Source: a virus
Lineage: Duplodnaviria; Caudoviricetes
Virus record (IMG/VR): IMGVR_UViG_3300020179_000028
Coordinates: 1,287-65,286 of that record
DNA length: 64,000 bases
Strand: one strand, 5' to 3'
Shown here: positions 18,589 to 31,400 of the stretch, in pieces
Layout of the letters: each line of letters starts with the position of its first letter
Numbering within the stretch: the stretch's first letter is position 1
The notes under the pieces: model-generated
Databases searched by the model: none
Told to the model about the DNA's origin: nothing
What the model saw: only the letters and a program-made list of their open reading frames with translations
Made by a program: the position numbers and the translations under genes

Positions 18589-19694
18589 TATTGCACATCC
18601 AATGCAAATCTAAACTCTATATAGTTTGTTGTGTTTGCAGCCTTAATCACAGTTTGTGCATTGTTATTTTTTAATACTGTATAGCCTGTAAGACCATATA
18701 CTGGATTTGTTGTTGAAACATTTTCAAATCTAACTGCATCTAAACCAACATAAAAGTCACTAGATGGCCCATTTTTAATAACAGTTGTATATATTTTTAC
18801 GACACTGACATTGTTCCATGTGAAACCAGTAGTTTTGTATAATTCTTGTAATTGTTTAGTTACTACATGATATCTGTTTGTTGAAAAATTATAATCTTGG
18901 TTTTTCATTATGACTTCAAATCTAGCAGACTCTCCACTTCCAACCGTGTTGGTTTCTGCAAATTCTAATAATATTCTTACTTCGTCGGGAACAATAGACG
19001 AATCTGGATCTTTATTTATGATGCTAAATGCCAATTTAATTTCATCAGTTGGTACATTTTTATTAAAATCTAAAGATGTTCCCAATAAGTGTAAATGATC
19101 AGATCCTGTATTTATTTTTAAATGATTATTTTCTACAGTTAGATTTGCCGAATCTCCTCTCATCATTACCATATTATTATAAAACCTTGCTCTTTCATAC
19201 CTAGATGTTCTGCTAGAATCAGTAAATACAACATTGTCTGAGTTTGTTTGAAAGGCTTTATATGGTTGATTTATAACGTTATTTTCACCTAATGGTTCAT
19301 ATATTACTTCTAACTTGCTAGAAGTTGTTTGGTCGAAGTATTCCCAATTTTCATTTACAGTAAAAGCAAACAAAGATCTAGAGTCATATGCTCCAGCAGA
19401 TGGGTTTGCTCCAGCAGAATATATTCCAACTTCTGATATTTCATACCTCTCATCAGTTGGCAACTCTGCGGTTAAAACAATTTTTTCTACCCCTTCATCA
19501 TTAACATAGCCTCTTGAAATAATAGGAACTCTAAACATTTCAAAGTCTAAACTTTTTTTATTTGAATAATCAGCAAATGGTTGATTAGTATTTAACGGCC
19601 TGGCGCCACAGCCTATTGCAATGTAGGATGCATAGGCAGGAGCCTGTCCTATAAGATATTTGGCTAAAATCCCTTTTCCAATGTTAGTAATCAT
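18588..19694 (-). CDS. Baseplate/minor tail protein
   Basis: MITNIG...YIAIG...EISEVGIYS N-terminus typical of baseplate/fibre anchors. Confidence 0.6.
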   Translation of the reverse strand: MITNIGKGILAKYLIGQAPAYASYIAIGCGARPLNTNQPFADYSNKKSLDFEMFRVPIISRGYVNDEGVEKIVLTAELPTDERYEISEVGIYSAGANPSAGAYDSRSLFAFTVNENWEYFDQTTSSKLEVIYEPLGENNVINQPYKAFQTNSDNVVFTDSSRTSRYERARFYNNMVMMRGDSANLTVENNHLKINTGSDHLHLLGTSLDFNKNVPTDEIKLAFSIINKDPDSSIVPDEVRILLEFAETNTVGSGESARFEVIMKNQDYNFSTNRYHVVTKQLQELYKTTGFTWNNVSVVKIYTTVIKNGPSSDFYVGLDAVRFENVSTTNPVYGLTGYTVLKNNNAQTVIKAANTTNYIEFRFALDVQ

Positions 19695-19696
19695 AT

Positions 19697-20335
19697 TTAC
19701 ACCACATATATTGTATCATCTAATACTACCCCTTCAGATATAATAGAAACCTCAACCTGTTCATCTTTAGCCAGGTTAATAACATTAATTATTAAGTTGC
19801 CAGTTTCTTGATCAATATATACTATAGAGCAGTTAGGTCCAGTTCCACATTCTGGTGTTTTGCTAGAAAAATTAATTGGAAATTGTTTAAAATAGTTTGA
19901 GTCTATATCCTGTAAGCCTAAAATATTTTGAGGATTATATTGAAAATATAGACTACTTAAATTTTTAATTGGTTGATATAGAATATTTTGTCCATTGACT
20001 AAATCTGATCTTGTTATATTAATTAATTCTTGACCACCTATATTTTCAAATATGAGATCTGTCATTATGGTGTCTGGTAATGTATCATTTTTAAATAAAA
20101 TTAAATTTGATGTTGCAGGACTTACATCTTCATCGACTTTGCCGTTTGGATATAAAACAGTTGGATCGTCTGGTATTGCATTTAACCCACTTATATAATC
20201 ACCATATTCTTTGAGTTGTGTGGCACTGGTTACTCTCTTTGCACTTCCTGTCTTCCAAGACATTTTTTCTTCATGTGTTGGTGCAACTGGATAATCATCA
20301 TAAACTATTTTTCCATCTCCATTAAAATATACCAT
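19697..20335 (-). CDS. Probable minor tail protein
   Basis: Position in the tail operon. Confidence 0.5.
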   Translation of the reverse strand: MVYFNGDGKIVYDDYPVAPTHEEKMSWKTGSAKRVTSATQLKEYGDYISGLNAIPDDPTVLYPNGKVDEDVSPATSNLILFKNDTLPDTIMTDLIFENIGGQELINITRSDLVNGQNILYQPIKNLSSLYFQYNPQNILGLQDIDSNYFKQFPINFSSKTPECGTGPNCSIVYIDQETGNLIINVINLAKDEQVEVSIISEGVVLDDTIYVV

Positions 20336-20336
20336 A

Positions 20337-23300
20337 CTACACCTCGCTCAAATATAGTGTCATATTGGGTCCACCTATATCTTTTTGATAATCTATGTTG
20401 TAAACTACAAATTTTGATTTAGGAGAAACAACAACATCTAAATTATTTTCATTTTTATATTCTATATTTACTATATCTCCTAATTGTACAATAGGCAAAT
20501 TAAATACTTTAAGTCCAATGCTTTTTCTTGGCTTCATGATTTTTTGTATAATCCAAGACATTAAATCTTTTGCGTCATCTTCAGACTGAATATATGGGGT
20601 CTCCATAGAAAACTCTTTTTTTCCATATGTTAGCCTGCTCGTTTTTATTTTATCAAAATCTTGTTGTGCTTTAATTGGAGAAACAATCAAGCCATCTTTA
20701 CCAATTTCTGGATCAGAAAAATTACTATTTTTAGCAAAATAATTATCTACTGTTAATTCATTTTCTGATTGTTGTGTAAACGTTACTCCCTGTATTCTTA
20801 AATAGTTTCCACTAGTTTCATCTAAGTTAATTGCAGTATCTGTAGCATTAAATATTAAAAATTCTGCTCCATATGATCCAGCCCTAAATCCAGAAACTGT
20901 ATATCCCTTAATTCTATTGAAGGTGGGAGATAGTTGTGCATATAGTGCTGGAAATGCTTTATCATATCTAACTTTTAAATATGCTGCTTCTCTCATTATA
21001 CTTCCAAATTCCTCAAAATAAATATTAAATTTAGGTGGCTGACTTGGACTTATTCCAGAAAGATAAGTAGACTGTATAATGCCAGACATAGAATATTTTC
21101 TAAATGACTCATTAGCATTAATTTCATTATCTTCAAATGCTGCTGATACTGGAGTGTCTAATGCAAAGACAGTATTTTGACTGTAGTTATTGGTTAATGC
21201 ATATATATTTTCAAACATACATTTTGATCCGCCACGAACAAATAAAGCCATGTTGTTATAAACTGGTGTTGGTGCTTCATCATCTACGATGCTTACTATT
21301 TGATTGTTAATATATAAGTAGAACCTTCTAATAGAACCTATGTCTTGATATTCTACTGCTAAATCATATACGGTAGAATTCTTTTCGCCCGTCAGTCTTG
21401 ATAGACCAACAAAGTTACCTTCATCAACAATTATGTTTGTAATTCCGCCCCATAATTTTATAGGTATTGCTTTATGTTCTGGGTCAGATAAAACTTTATA
21501 GAAAATTACATTATGAAGATTTTCTGTAGCAGTTGAATACTCACTAACATTTTTTTCTGTTAATGATATTATTTCAAAATAATATCCAACATTGGTGTTT
21601 GGATTTAAGAGAACAGCAATTCCTCCAGATCCGCCAGATATATTAAGACTTTGATTTGGTTGTGATCCCTGAAGGACATAGTATGGCGTAGGATTTAATG
21701 GTGTCTGTCCACGTGTTTCACTTGTTTCAATTTTACCAATAATTCTCATCCTTGTTCCAAAATGCTTATATCTATTGTCTAATGCTTTATATTGATATGA
21801 TAAGAAGTTAAGTGGCGTTTCTGTATTTGGAAATGAAGGTCCAGACATAACCAATGCCGATGATTGAACAGATCCAGTTTGTGTTGATTTTATAGTATTG
21901 TTTTGTGTTTCTTTTGTAAAAGATGTAGATAAAAAGTTTTTAATAATTCCAGTTCTTTTATTTTCTTTAGATCTTATGTTGTTTACTCCAGCCTCGCCAT
22001 CACTTAAAGTTATTGCTTCACCTATATCTTTAACTAATTCCTCCTTAGTCTTGGCAATATGTTCTAATCCAAACAAATATTTGCTCTCCATATCCATTCC
22101 ACGAACATACAAATCATTACTCCAATAAGGATCTAGTCCAGCCTTATGAGAAAGTACTGGAGTTCCAAACTGACCTCTTCCATGTCTAGAAACGCTACCG
22201 TTTTTCATAACGGTTATTCCATTTATCTCTTCATATTTTGGCTCAGAATAAATACGAACTAATCCAGTAGGATATATCTTTCCATTAAATGTAAGTTTAG
22301 ACATATAGTTTTGATATTCTTGATTACTGCTAATCCAAACATTTCCAATAGCACCAACATTAGTTGTTGTAAAACTAATCTTTCCATTATTATCTTGTGT
22401 TGTAATTACTTTTTCTGCGCCAGGAATGTTGTATTGTAATGCATCAAATCTTATAATCTCTCCATTGGCGTAAAAATATCCAGCGTGTCTTCCTAACCAG
22501 TATACGGCTTCACCAAGATCAATTGTGTTATTTGTTATTTGATTTCCTACAACAACTGGTTCATTATTTGATAAATTAGAGTTTAATGGAATAGCAGATA
22601 GGCTATATCCCGATTGACTTTGAACCTGCCCATTTATTGACCTTAATGGATTTTCACCAGTTACCTCCCATAAAAGTGCTGGTTTATATATCCAGTTTTT
22701 TGCTGCAGCCTCATTATCTATCATTGACGCTTGCTTAATTGTTCCGTATGATCTTTGAATATATCTTGATTTATAATTAATCCTTCCGTCATTAAAAACA
22801 TTTTTATCACTAGACGCTATGTCTATAATATTAGTTAGTTTAATATTTTTATTTTTATTTCTTATTTCATTGTTTTTAATAAAATCATTTGATCCATAAA
22901 AAGTAAATTGCACATCTCTTTCAGAATTTGAAGGAAGCATATAATTTTTGCTCATCATAACAAAATTATTATATTCATCAAAGAACATTGCTGTTTGTGT
23001 AGATAATGCTAAGTCATTCAAAACTTCCGCTACCGTCTTGTCTGGACCAATATAAAAGAATGGAATTATTAATTCTTTTTCTCCAGTAACTCTTTTAAAG
23101 GTATAATTAGAAAACCCTACTGAATCCAAAAGTAAAGATACTGCATAACTTAAAGATACGTTAGTAACAAGCATTTCTGGTGCAAGAATTGATTCAAAAT
23201 AAAAATATAAATCTCTTAATTCTAAAGTTACTTTTTTATCGTTTGGATTATATTTTGGAAACGAATCACAATATAATGTTTTTATTGGAACCATATAGTC

Positions 23301-24743
23301 ATATCCGTTAACATCAACTACAATATCATAAAATTTTAATTGCATATTATTAGACAAATATTTATAGATAATGCTATTAATATTATTTTCATTAAAGGCA
23401 TCATCATAGTCAAATATAGACAATGATCCAACTGATGCTAAAAGTTGTCCTACTGGCATACCGCTACTACCTAAATCAGATGCTGATTTTTTAACTGAAA
23501 AACTAGTTACTTTATCTGAAATATCTGCAACTAGTCTTGGAGACATTTCTATTAAGTCAAATGTAGAATTAACCTTATTCATTGCATCAACTACAACCCT
23601 TATGCCTTTTATGTTTTCAAACTCTCTATAAACTTTTCTATTGTCTGTATTTGATTTAAATGATATAGGATTTGTTAAATCTGTTACAAAATTAGTTAGT
23701 CTTGTTACTGTTTCTTCTTCTAAGTACCAACCATAGGACGGCGTAAATGTTTCCCATCCATCGTCAAACCAAATATGATAAGTTCCTAAGTCATCATCAT
23801 TATTTTTAATTAAATAAGCGTAACCAGTAATAGACTCTTTTGGCAAAAAAGATTCATTGTGGTATTCTTCTGCACGAATAAATACATCTTTATATTTTGC
23901 TGGAACCTTTAATCCGTATGCAAGTTCTACATATCCATCATGCTTTATAATTGATGTTCCGTCAGTTCTTCTAGAGTTAGCATCAAACTTAATTGCATCA
24001 ACCCACTCATTTTGTTTTAAGTATTGAATTTTCCATTGAACTGGTGTTGTTTTATTAGAATCTCCATACAGAGAATCTGAAAAAGATCCAGCCTTTCCAG
24101 AAAAAGGACCTAGATCCACTGAACCAACATTTGTTTGCATTTTAATTACTATTCTATTTGTTGGTATTGGATCTGAATAAACAACAAAGGGACATGCATC
24201 ATCTATAAAATATTGACCACCTATTTGCTTATTTGCTATTCCAAAAACAGAACCAGCCTCAGTTCTATATGATGTCCAATATTTAAAATTATCATTTTTA
24301 TCTGCCATATAGTATCTAGGTCTATTTGACATGTTTATATTAGAGTGATGAGTTTTTTTACCTGGAATATAACATGCTTTATTTATACCAGATCTTGGTC
24401 TAAATTTTTTAAAACAATCTTCTAATGAATACAACATTTTATTTTTTGTATTTTGTGCTAACAAAAACCATGGCTGTTCATTATCTTCTGGATCAATTCC
24501 TCCATCGATTTTTATATCGGCATCTGTACCACCTGTATAAAAATTTCCTACATCATTTACATCAAAGGTATTTGGAATAAGTTTATATTTTTCAGAGTTA
24601 GAAAGTGTTGGTCTATATCTGTAATTACCAATTCTAAAAATGTTATTAGCAATATTCATATTCCACTCTACAATAATTGCAGATTGTGTTTTAATTGTAT
24701 TTGAAGACTCAAGATGAGTTTTTAATTCTTCGTTTTGAAACAT
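20337..24743 (-). CDS. Large tail-tip/hub protein (~1470 aa)
   Basis: Two genes after the tape measure. C-terminal hub-like QLGDIVNI...FVVYNI. Likely start MFQNEELK at 24743. Confidence 0.65.
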   Translation of the reverse strand: MFQNEELKTHLESSNTIKTQSAIIVEWNMNIANNIFRIGNYRYRPTLSNSEKYKLIPNTFDVNDVGNFYTGGTDADIKIDGGIDPEDNEQPWFLLAQNTKNKMLYSLEDCFKKFRPRSGINKACYIPGKKTHHSNINMSNRPRYYMADKNDNFKYWTSYRTEAGSVFGIANKQIGGQYFIDDACPFVVYSDPIPTNRIVIKMQTNVGSVDLGPFSGKAGSFSDSLYGDSNKTTPVQWKIQYLKQNEWVDAIKFDANSRRTDGTSIIKHDGYVELAYGLKVPAKYKDVFIRAEEYHNESFLPKESITGYAYLIKNNDDDLGTYHIWFDDGWETFTPSYGWYLEEETVTRLTNFVTDLTNPISFKSNTDNRKVYREFENIKGIRVVVDAMNKVNSTFDLIEMSPRLVADISDKVTSFSVKKSASDLGSSGMPVGQLLASVGSLSIFDYDDAFNENNINSIIYKYLSNNMQLKFYDIVVDVNGYDYMVPIKTLYCDSFPKYNPNDKKVTLELRDLYFYFESILAPEMLVTNVSLSYAVSLLLDSVGFSNYTFKRVTGEKELIIPFFYIGPDKTVAEVLNDLALSTQTAMFFDEYNNFVMMSKNYMLPSNSERDVQFTFYGSNDFIKNNEIRNKNKNIKLTNIIDIASSDKNVFNDGRINYKSRYIQRSYGTIKQASMIDNEAAAKNWIYKPALLWEVTGENPLRSINGQVQSQSGYSLSAIPLNSNLSNNEPVVVGNQITNNTIDLGEAVYWLGRHAGYFYANGEIIRFDALQYNIPGAEKVITTQDNNGKISFTTTNVGAIGNVWISSNQEYQNYMSKLTFNGKIYPTGLVRIYSEPKYEEINGITVMKNGSVSRHGRGQFGTPVLSHKAGLDPYWSNDLYVRGMDMESKYLFGLEHIAKTKEELVKDIGEAITLSDGEAGVNNIRSKENKRTGIIKNFLSTSFTKETQNNTIKSTQTGSVQSSALVMSGPSFPNTETPLNFLSYQYKALDNRYKHFGTRMRIIGKIETSETRGQTPLNPTPYYVLQGSQPNQSLNISGGSGGIAVLLNPNTNVGYYFEIISLTEKNVSEYSTATENLHNVIFYKVLSDPEHKAIPIKLWGGITNIIVDEGNFVGLSRLTGEKNSTVYDLAVEYQDIGSIRRFYLYINNQIVSIVDDEAPTPVYNNMALFVRGGSKCMFENIYALTNNYSQNTVFALDTPVSAAFEDNEINANESFRKYSMSGIIQSTYLSGISPSQPPKFNIYFEEFGSIMREAAYLKVRYDKAFPALYAQLSPTFNRIKGYTVSGFRAGSYGAEFLIFNATDTAINLDETSGNYLRIQGVTFTQQSENELTVDNYFAKNSNFSDPEIGKDGLIVSPIKAQQDFDKIKTSRLTYGKKEFSMETPYIQSEDDAKDLMSWIIQKIMKPRKSIGLKVFNLPIVQLGDIVNIEYKNENNLDVVVSPKSKFVVYNIDYQKDIGGPNMTLYLSEV

Positions 24744-25417
24744 TATACTTCTTCCAATGTAACATCTATATTCCACAAATCAAAATTAGTTCCGCCTCTT
24801 TTAACTACAGAATAACTAAAGTCTGTAAAATACATTTGTATTAATTGACTGTATTGAGGCAAGTGTGCATATGAATTATTATCAATGAGTCCATTGTCAT
24901 TTTTAAAGTTTTTATAATTATCATATGATAAATAAACCCAAAAGGGGCCCTGATGACTTTCGTACCAGTCTAAAATTTCTACTCCACCAGCGCCTCCGTC
25001 AGTTGTAAATTCTAAATTATTATCATTAATATGTGGAGATTTTCCAGTTGTGAGATTAAATTCTGGTGTTTGAAAATAAGATCTAGAAGGAAGCATTTCC
25101 CATGATGTGGTTATTTGTAGTTTATCCGCTATATGATAAGACCTCATTCTACCATTTATCATCCTTTCACGTTTTTCAATTCTGGTAGGTTTAAAATTAA
25201 TTTCTCCTCTATTGTCATCAGATAAAATTAAAAATTGGTCATACAAGTCTGTATTTGTTTCACTACCCACATCTTGTCCAATTTCCAAACCATTAGGGAC
25301 ATATATTTTATTTCCTCCAGGACTTGACTCTACAAGAGTTCCAGAATTTTCAGACCACAACATTCCTTGAGGCCTTTGATATCTTCTTCTACCAGTTATA
25401 TAACTTGCTGTAGCCAT
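24743..25417 (-). CDS. Distal tail (Dit-like) protein
   Basis: Immediately after the TMP. RERMINGRMRS...SWEMLP...WNIDVTLEEV. Confidence 0.6.
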   Translation of the reverse strand: MATASYITGRRRYQRPQGMLWSENSGTLVESSPGGNKIYVPNGLEIGQDVGSETNTDLYDQFLILSDDNRGEINFKPTRIEKRERMINGRMRSYHIADKLQITTSWEMLPSRSYFQTPEFNLTTGKSPHINDNNLEFTTDGGAGGVEILDWYESHQGPFWVYLSYDNYKNFKNDNGLIDNNSYAHLPQYSQLIQMYFTDFSYSVVKRGGTNFDLWNIDVTLEEV

Positions 25418-28400
25418 TATCCTGCAACACTCCTAAGTCTCTTAGAATCTACCTGACGAATTTGAGTCATTACTGCTCTTGCAATTTCATCAGGATTTGC
25501 ATCAGATCTTACATTAACTGCAACACTATAATTATACACTGAAGAATCAGAAACATCTCCATTATTCATGGCTCTCATTTTATCAACACCATAATTTTGA
25601 ACAGCATATCTACTCATAACAAATTCACCTGGTGTTAGCATTGAAGGAATTACATCAGTTCCTATTACTGACCCACCCACCGCATATCTCTTTATTAGTC
25701 CTCCAGATGCTTTTCCACTGGGCCAATTAGCAAACTGACTTGCAGCAATGGCATTGCCACCAAACTTCTTGATGTCTGCTGCAGCCTTTGCTTTTGCTGC
25801 TGCGTCTGCCTTCTTTTTAGCGTTGGCTGCTTTTACTTCTGCAGTAAATGCTGCTGCCGAAGCAGCCTTTTGTGCTGGGGTATTTGTTAATTCATCTAAA
25901 TGGGCATAGGCGCCTCCACCCATTTTTTTAATATTTGCATTAATAATTTCTTTTGAAAATGCATTTGCTCGATCTTTCATATTGAATAAATCTTGTACAT
26001 GTAATCCAGCAGTTTGTCCAGCATTCTTAGTAATGTTTGCTACTGTGACGGCGTTGGCGATTCTTGCTAGGTCTTGTCTGTGTAAATCAGCAACAGATCC
26101 ACCACTATTAACATCTTTAACTATTGTGACGTCATCTTTTGTTCCATTAGACTTTGTTGCATTTCCATCACCTGTTTTTGGTTTTGTATTTGAGTCTGGA
26201 ATTACGGGATCTGGAATTACGGGATCTGGAACTACTTCTGGATCTGGAATTACGGGATCTGGAACTACTTCTGGATCTGGACCTGGACCTGGGCCTGGAC
26301 CTGGACCTGGGCCTGAACCTCCTCCTTCATAAACAGTAATAATCTTATGAGTAGTTGTAATAATTTTTCCATCTAAAGAATTCCAATACTTAATAATATC
26401 TTCAACTACATCAAGGGCAGCCTGTATTGCCTGCATATATTCTGCACTAGAGGTTCTTGCAAGGTCAATTCTATTCTTAATTGCTTCCCATTCAAGTTTT
26501 GATTTTCCTAAAACTGTTAAAGACTGTATTAGTTCTCTCTTGTTTGCTTCGGCAATACGAACACGTTCTTGTGCTGGCTCTAATTCTTTTTCTTCGATTT
26601 CGAATATTTCATTACGTAATTTTTTAATTTGATCTTCAATTTGAGCACGAGTATATCCTTTATCATTTCTAACCTGTGCTAATTCATTTTCTTTTGCAGC
26701 CTCTAATAGTTTTTGTTGATCATTTAATGCCTGCTCTGCCTGATCTGCTCTTAAATCTTGCGCTGCCTTTGCTGCAGCAGAAATATCTCCTTGAGAAAGA
26801 GCATCAGCAATTGTTAATTGACCCTTTTGTTGCTTAGATATTCTTTCATTTATTTCACGAATTTCATCTAATGCCTTAAATTTGGCATCATATTTATCAT
26901 TAATTTTTTGTTCTTGTTCTTCAATTCCTTTTAGACTTGCCTCCCAATCATCTATTTTATAATTTAATCCAGCAATTTTATCTTGTGCTTTTTCTATAAT
27001 ATCCTGATCTTTTAATGTTGCAAATTGGAAATCTAGTTCTATTTTAGTTTCCATTACAGAGAATTTTTCCATTGCTTTGTCAAAGCCTTTTTGGAAAATA
27101 GATTCTTTAAACTCTATTGAATTAAGAACTTGATTTAATCTTGTTTTAAATTCTGCAAAAAGTTTTGGATCATTAACAACAGAGTCCCATCTTGACATTG
27201 CATCTCTTAATGTATCATCACTTAATATAGCATCTGCCTCAAGCCAACTCCAGTTTTGACTTTTTGCAGCCTTTGCTAAATTACTTCTTGCAGCATCTTC
27301 TTTTCTTTTGCTTTCAATATCTTGCTGAAGTGCTGTTGTTTGTTCAGCATTTTTAGATAATTTTTTAACCTGTTTTAATAATTTAATAAGTTTTTTTGCT
27401 GCCTCAGTATTACCGTCTGAAGCAATCATTGCAGCAAATGCTTTATCTGAAATTAGTTCTTGAGTGTCTGCATAACTTAAACCAGCATCTCTTAATATTT
27501 TATATGCATCTGCTTGATCTTGAAGTACTTGTTTTTGCTGCTTCATTTGAGACGAATAATCTCCAGCAACTATTCCATTTAATACCTCTTGAATTGTTTT
27601 AGCATCACGCTTTAATCCAATGATGTTGCGTTTATTGTCAAATTTGAATAATGAATTTTTTCTATTTTCATATTCTTTTGGATCCATACCAACAATAAAC
27701 TCTATGAGGTTACTCTTACCACCATACTTGGCAATATCCTGCTCAATACCGCTAAACATTTCTAGTCTCTTCTTACCGCCAAACAATTGATCTAATGTTT
27801 TCATAGAAGCAGTCCAGCCTTCTGTTACTTTAATTTGATTTTTACGGACATCTCTTAATTTTTTAACCAATTCATCCAAGGGAGATGTTTGCTTTTTGCC
27901 ACCACCACCACTACCTTTTGGAACTACGGATGTCGTATTATCTGTTGCTGTAACAGTTACACGCTGTGCATTCCACTGTGCATATTCTTGAAGTTGGGTT
28001 CCTGGTGGTGAGTTTGCCCATTGAGAACCTTCTGCTTTAAGCCAAGATTGAAGTGCTGGATCATCTGGAGATACAGTTGTTATAGTTTGAATCAATGTTT
28101 GTAAATATACTTTTTTTAATTCGTCAGTTTTGATACTATTAAAATAATCTAAATCATCATTTAGTATTTTTAACTGATCTGCATTTAAAACTTTACTTGC
28201 AACTACAAAATCTATCTTACCTTTAAGTGCCTCAATTTGTTCTGTTTGTTGCATTAATCTTTCTGCGACTTTTGGATTCTTTAATAAAAAGTCAGTAATA
28301 ATTGTTGTGTTTAAAACATTTCCAGTTTTAGCAACCATAGCGTAAAAACTTCTGAGTCTTTCTGCTTCTTCTGGATTTCCAGAACTTTCTATTTTTGCAA

Positions 28401-31400
28401 TAAATCTAGTCTGAACATCTTTTACTGGGTTGCCATCTTTATCAACAAACAATGACGCAGTAGACATAATTTGATTTCCAAATGCTCCACCAAATTTAGT
28501 TATAATGTTTAAGACTTTTGTCATAGCCTCTTTGTTATCTCCGAAAGATTCTAAAAGATTTATCATTTGCATAGGATCTATTTCTCCAGATGCTAATTCC
28601 ATTTTTAATAAATATCTTTGCTCTGCAGTTATATTTTGGTTGTCATTAAGATCTTGTTTGGCTAATTTAGCAACATCTTCCATTACGGTACCTTTATATT
28701 TACCTGTTATGGCTTTATCTACTCCTCTATCAAGTGCATCTCTTGTTGCTCCCTCAGCACTAGAATATGATGCTGCAATATCTTGTAATAATTTTCCATT
28801 TTGTAAAAGTAAGTCTGCCCTATCTTTAATATGCTTATTTGTTAGTTCATCAACTTTTGCAGTATTTCCTGCTGCCCTAGCCTCTGCAATTCTTTTTTCA
28901 TATGAAATGTCTAAAGAATCCATCATTTCTTGCTGCTGTTCCAATGCCATCTTTTGCATAGCAATTGATGCACCTGACGCTGCACCTATTCTTTCAGCAC
29001 GATCTTTTCTTGAAAATAGATTTCCTGCTACTGCTCCAGTTATTGCGCCTACGCTAGCACCTATTGCTGTTCCTATTACTGGAACAACAGAACCTATAAC
29101 TGCACCAGTTGCTGCGCCAGCAAGAGCACCTCCACCAGTTCCCATAGCACCGACCTTCATCATATCTTTGCCAGTCCAACCTCCAGCAGCCTTTGCTTTA
29201 TCTCCAAATGACTGAACATTTTTTCTTGTTTCTTCCATTAATTTAACACGAATTTCAAGTGGATCTGTTAATAGATTTTCTCCATTAACACCAATTAACT
29301 CTATGAGTTTTGCATTAACCTGAATTCCAAAACCGTAATCTCCAAGTTCTTTTCCAATATTTGCTGCTACGCTTCTTGCTTGTGCTGCACTCATAGCACC
29401 AGACGATACTGCTGTTGCAAGTTGATTTACCATTGTGTTTTGTGCACCTGCACGACCCATTCCTTCAATATTTTGTCCAGTTGCTTTTACTAAATCTTTT
29501 CCTTCTTTACTTGCAACATAAGATTCTCCAAACGTTGTTTTACCTGTTTGAATAGCAAATGGATTTACTGCATCCTTTCTGCGCCTATCCATTACTTCGC
29601 CAGCAGTTACTCCTCCAGCAAATTTTGCCAAACCTCTAATTGCATCTTGTCCAGATCCTGTAGCCTGTGCCAATTTCATAGCAGAATCTTGTGCCTTATC
29701 AAAAGCCATTCTAAGTCTTACGGCTGCTGCAATTACCAATCCTATACCAACAGCCAACAAACCTAACTTACTTTGTAATAATGGTAGAACCAAGGTCAAT
29801 GCCATTAATGGCAACATAATTTTTTGTGCCATATCTCCTATAGCACCTGGCATCATTGCTGCACCCATTGTTATTGCGGAAGCAGCCATCATTGCTCCCC
29901 CTGCACCCATACCAGTCTTTGGATTGTTCGGATCTGCTGGAGGTCTTCTAAATCCTCCAAAGAATCTTCCGCGACCCTTTCCTCCAGGGCCACCTCCTGA
30001 TGCACCACCTGTTCCTCCTGCACCAGCAGCGACCATTCCAGTAACTTGTGACTGCCTTATCATTCTCTTGTCTGCTAAAGCGCTTAATCTTGCTTGTTTT
30101 TCTAATTGTCTTCTTAGTGCCTTTTGTGCTGGATCAATTGGACCAGCCCCATATAGCGCTGCCCTTGATGCTGCTGCCATCTGTGCCTGAGACATTGCTC
30201 CACTAGTTACGGCGGTTCCTAATTGTTGACCAGCAACTCTTGCATCATCCACATATTCTTTCATTCCAACAACTGCACCGACAGCAATATCAGCACCTAT
30301 TTTTTTAGTAACTCTGGATGGAGAAGCAATTTTTGCTCTTTCCATCATTCCCTCTACCATGCTTTTTTCTGCAAAATCTACAAGGCTAAATCCTGTCTTC
30401 TTATAAAATGTAAATCTATCTCCACCACGACGCATCTTCATTCCATTTACGTCTATAGCACCTTTGCTTCCTCCACCTGGAACCGATGGCAATCCTGCCA
30501 TTCTTTGTGCTGCTTGAGAAATATTAACTCTTGCCTCTCCAGCAGTTACTGCTAATTGATCAAAGGCTCTAACTAATCTATTTTGTGCTCCCATTTGTCT
30601 ACGGGCATATTCATATGCTTCTTTTACATGTTTATCGGTTACTCTAGTATTTGCGTCAAGACTTGTTAAATAATCTTTCATATGAGTATCTAAAATAGAT
30701 AAATCTGCAGCAACATCTTGCATTTTCATGCCACCATTTTTTAATGCAATCTTCCATCTAGACAAACCTCTTTGATCCCAGTCTTGCATAAATTCACCCT
30801 TACCAACACCACGTCCTCCTGGCTTCATAAGGTTATTCATTGATACTTGTTGTCCGTTTACATTAGACATACCTGTTGTTATTCCAAGTTTTCCATAAAG
30901 ATGAATTTTAAGTGTATTTGCAAATTTCATAGCAACTGCTTCTATGGCTTGCATGGCTCTTGCGCTAATTATTCCAGCAGGAAGGGCTTTTAATCTATTA
31001 ACTAAGTCTAATGCACCAACTGTTCTAGGAGTTCCAATGTGAGAAAAGTCTCCAGCACCCCTTGTTCCTCCAGCAAATCGAGACATAATTCCACCAGCAA
31101 TCATATGTGCAATTGCTGGCTTGTTTGCTGGATCTTGTGCTGATTTAGCAGGGATTACTGCTTCACCTGGAGTAAGCATTGCAGGAACTGTGTCAGTACC
31201 AGTTGAAAAATAAAATGGCTTTACTTTTTTAGTTCCTTTAGCAAAACCTTTTCTTCCTTTGCCAATTACAGGGCCACCGAAGCCTCTTTGTGCTAATATT
31301 GCTCTCTGATATGCTTGTGTTAATGCATTAAGCGCTGCAATCTCAGATGTAAATGTTTGTTGTAATTTTACATGTACCTGTTGTAATGATGCTGCCACTG

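Noticed and set aside
28505-29215. Long plus-strand ORFs (also 40490..40978, 55028..55888, 62377..63544, 50623..50892)
   Set aside because: These are antisense shadows of Ala/Gly/Pro-rich or repetitive minus-strand genes, with no RBS or recognisable motifs.
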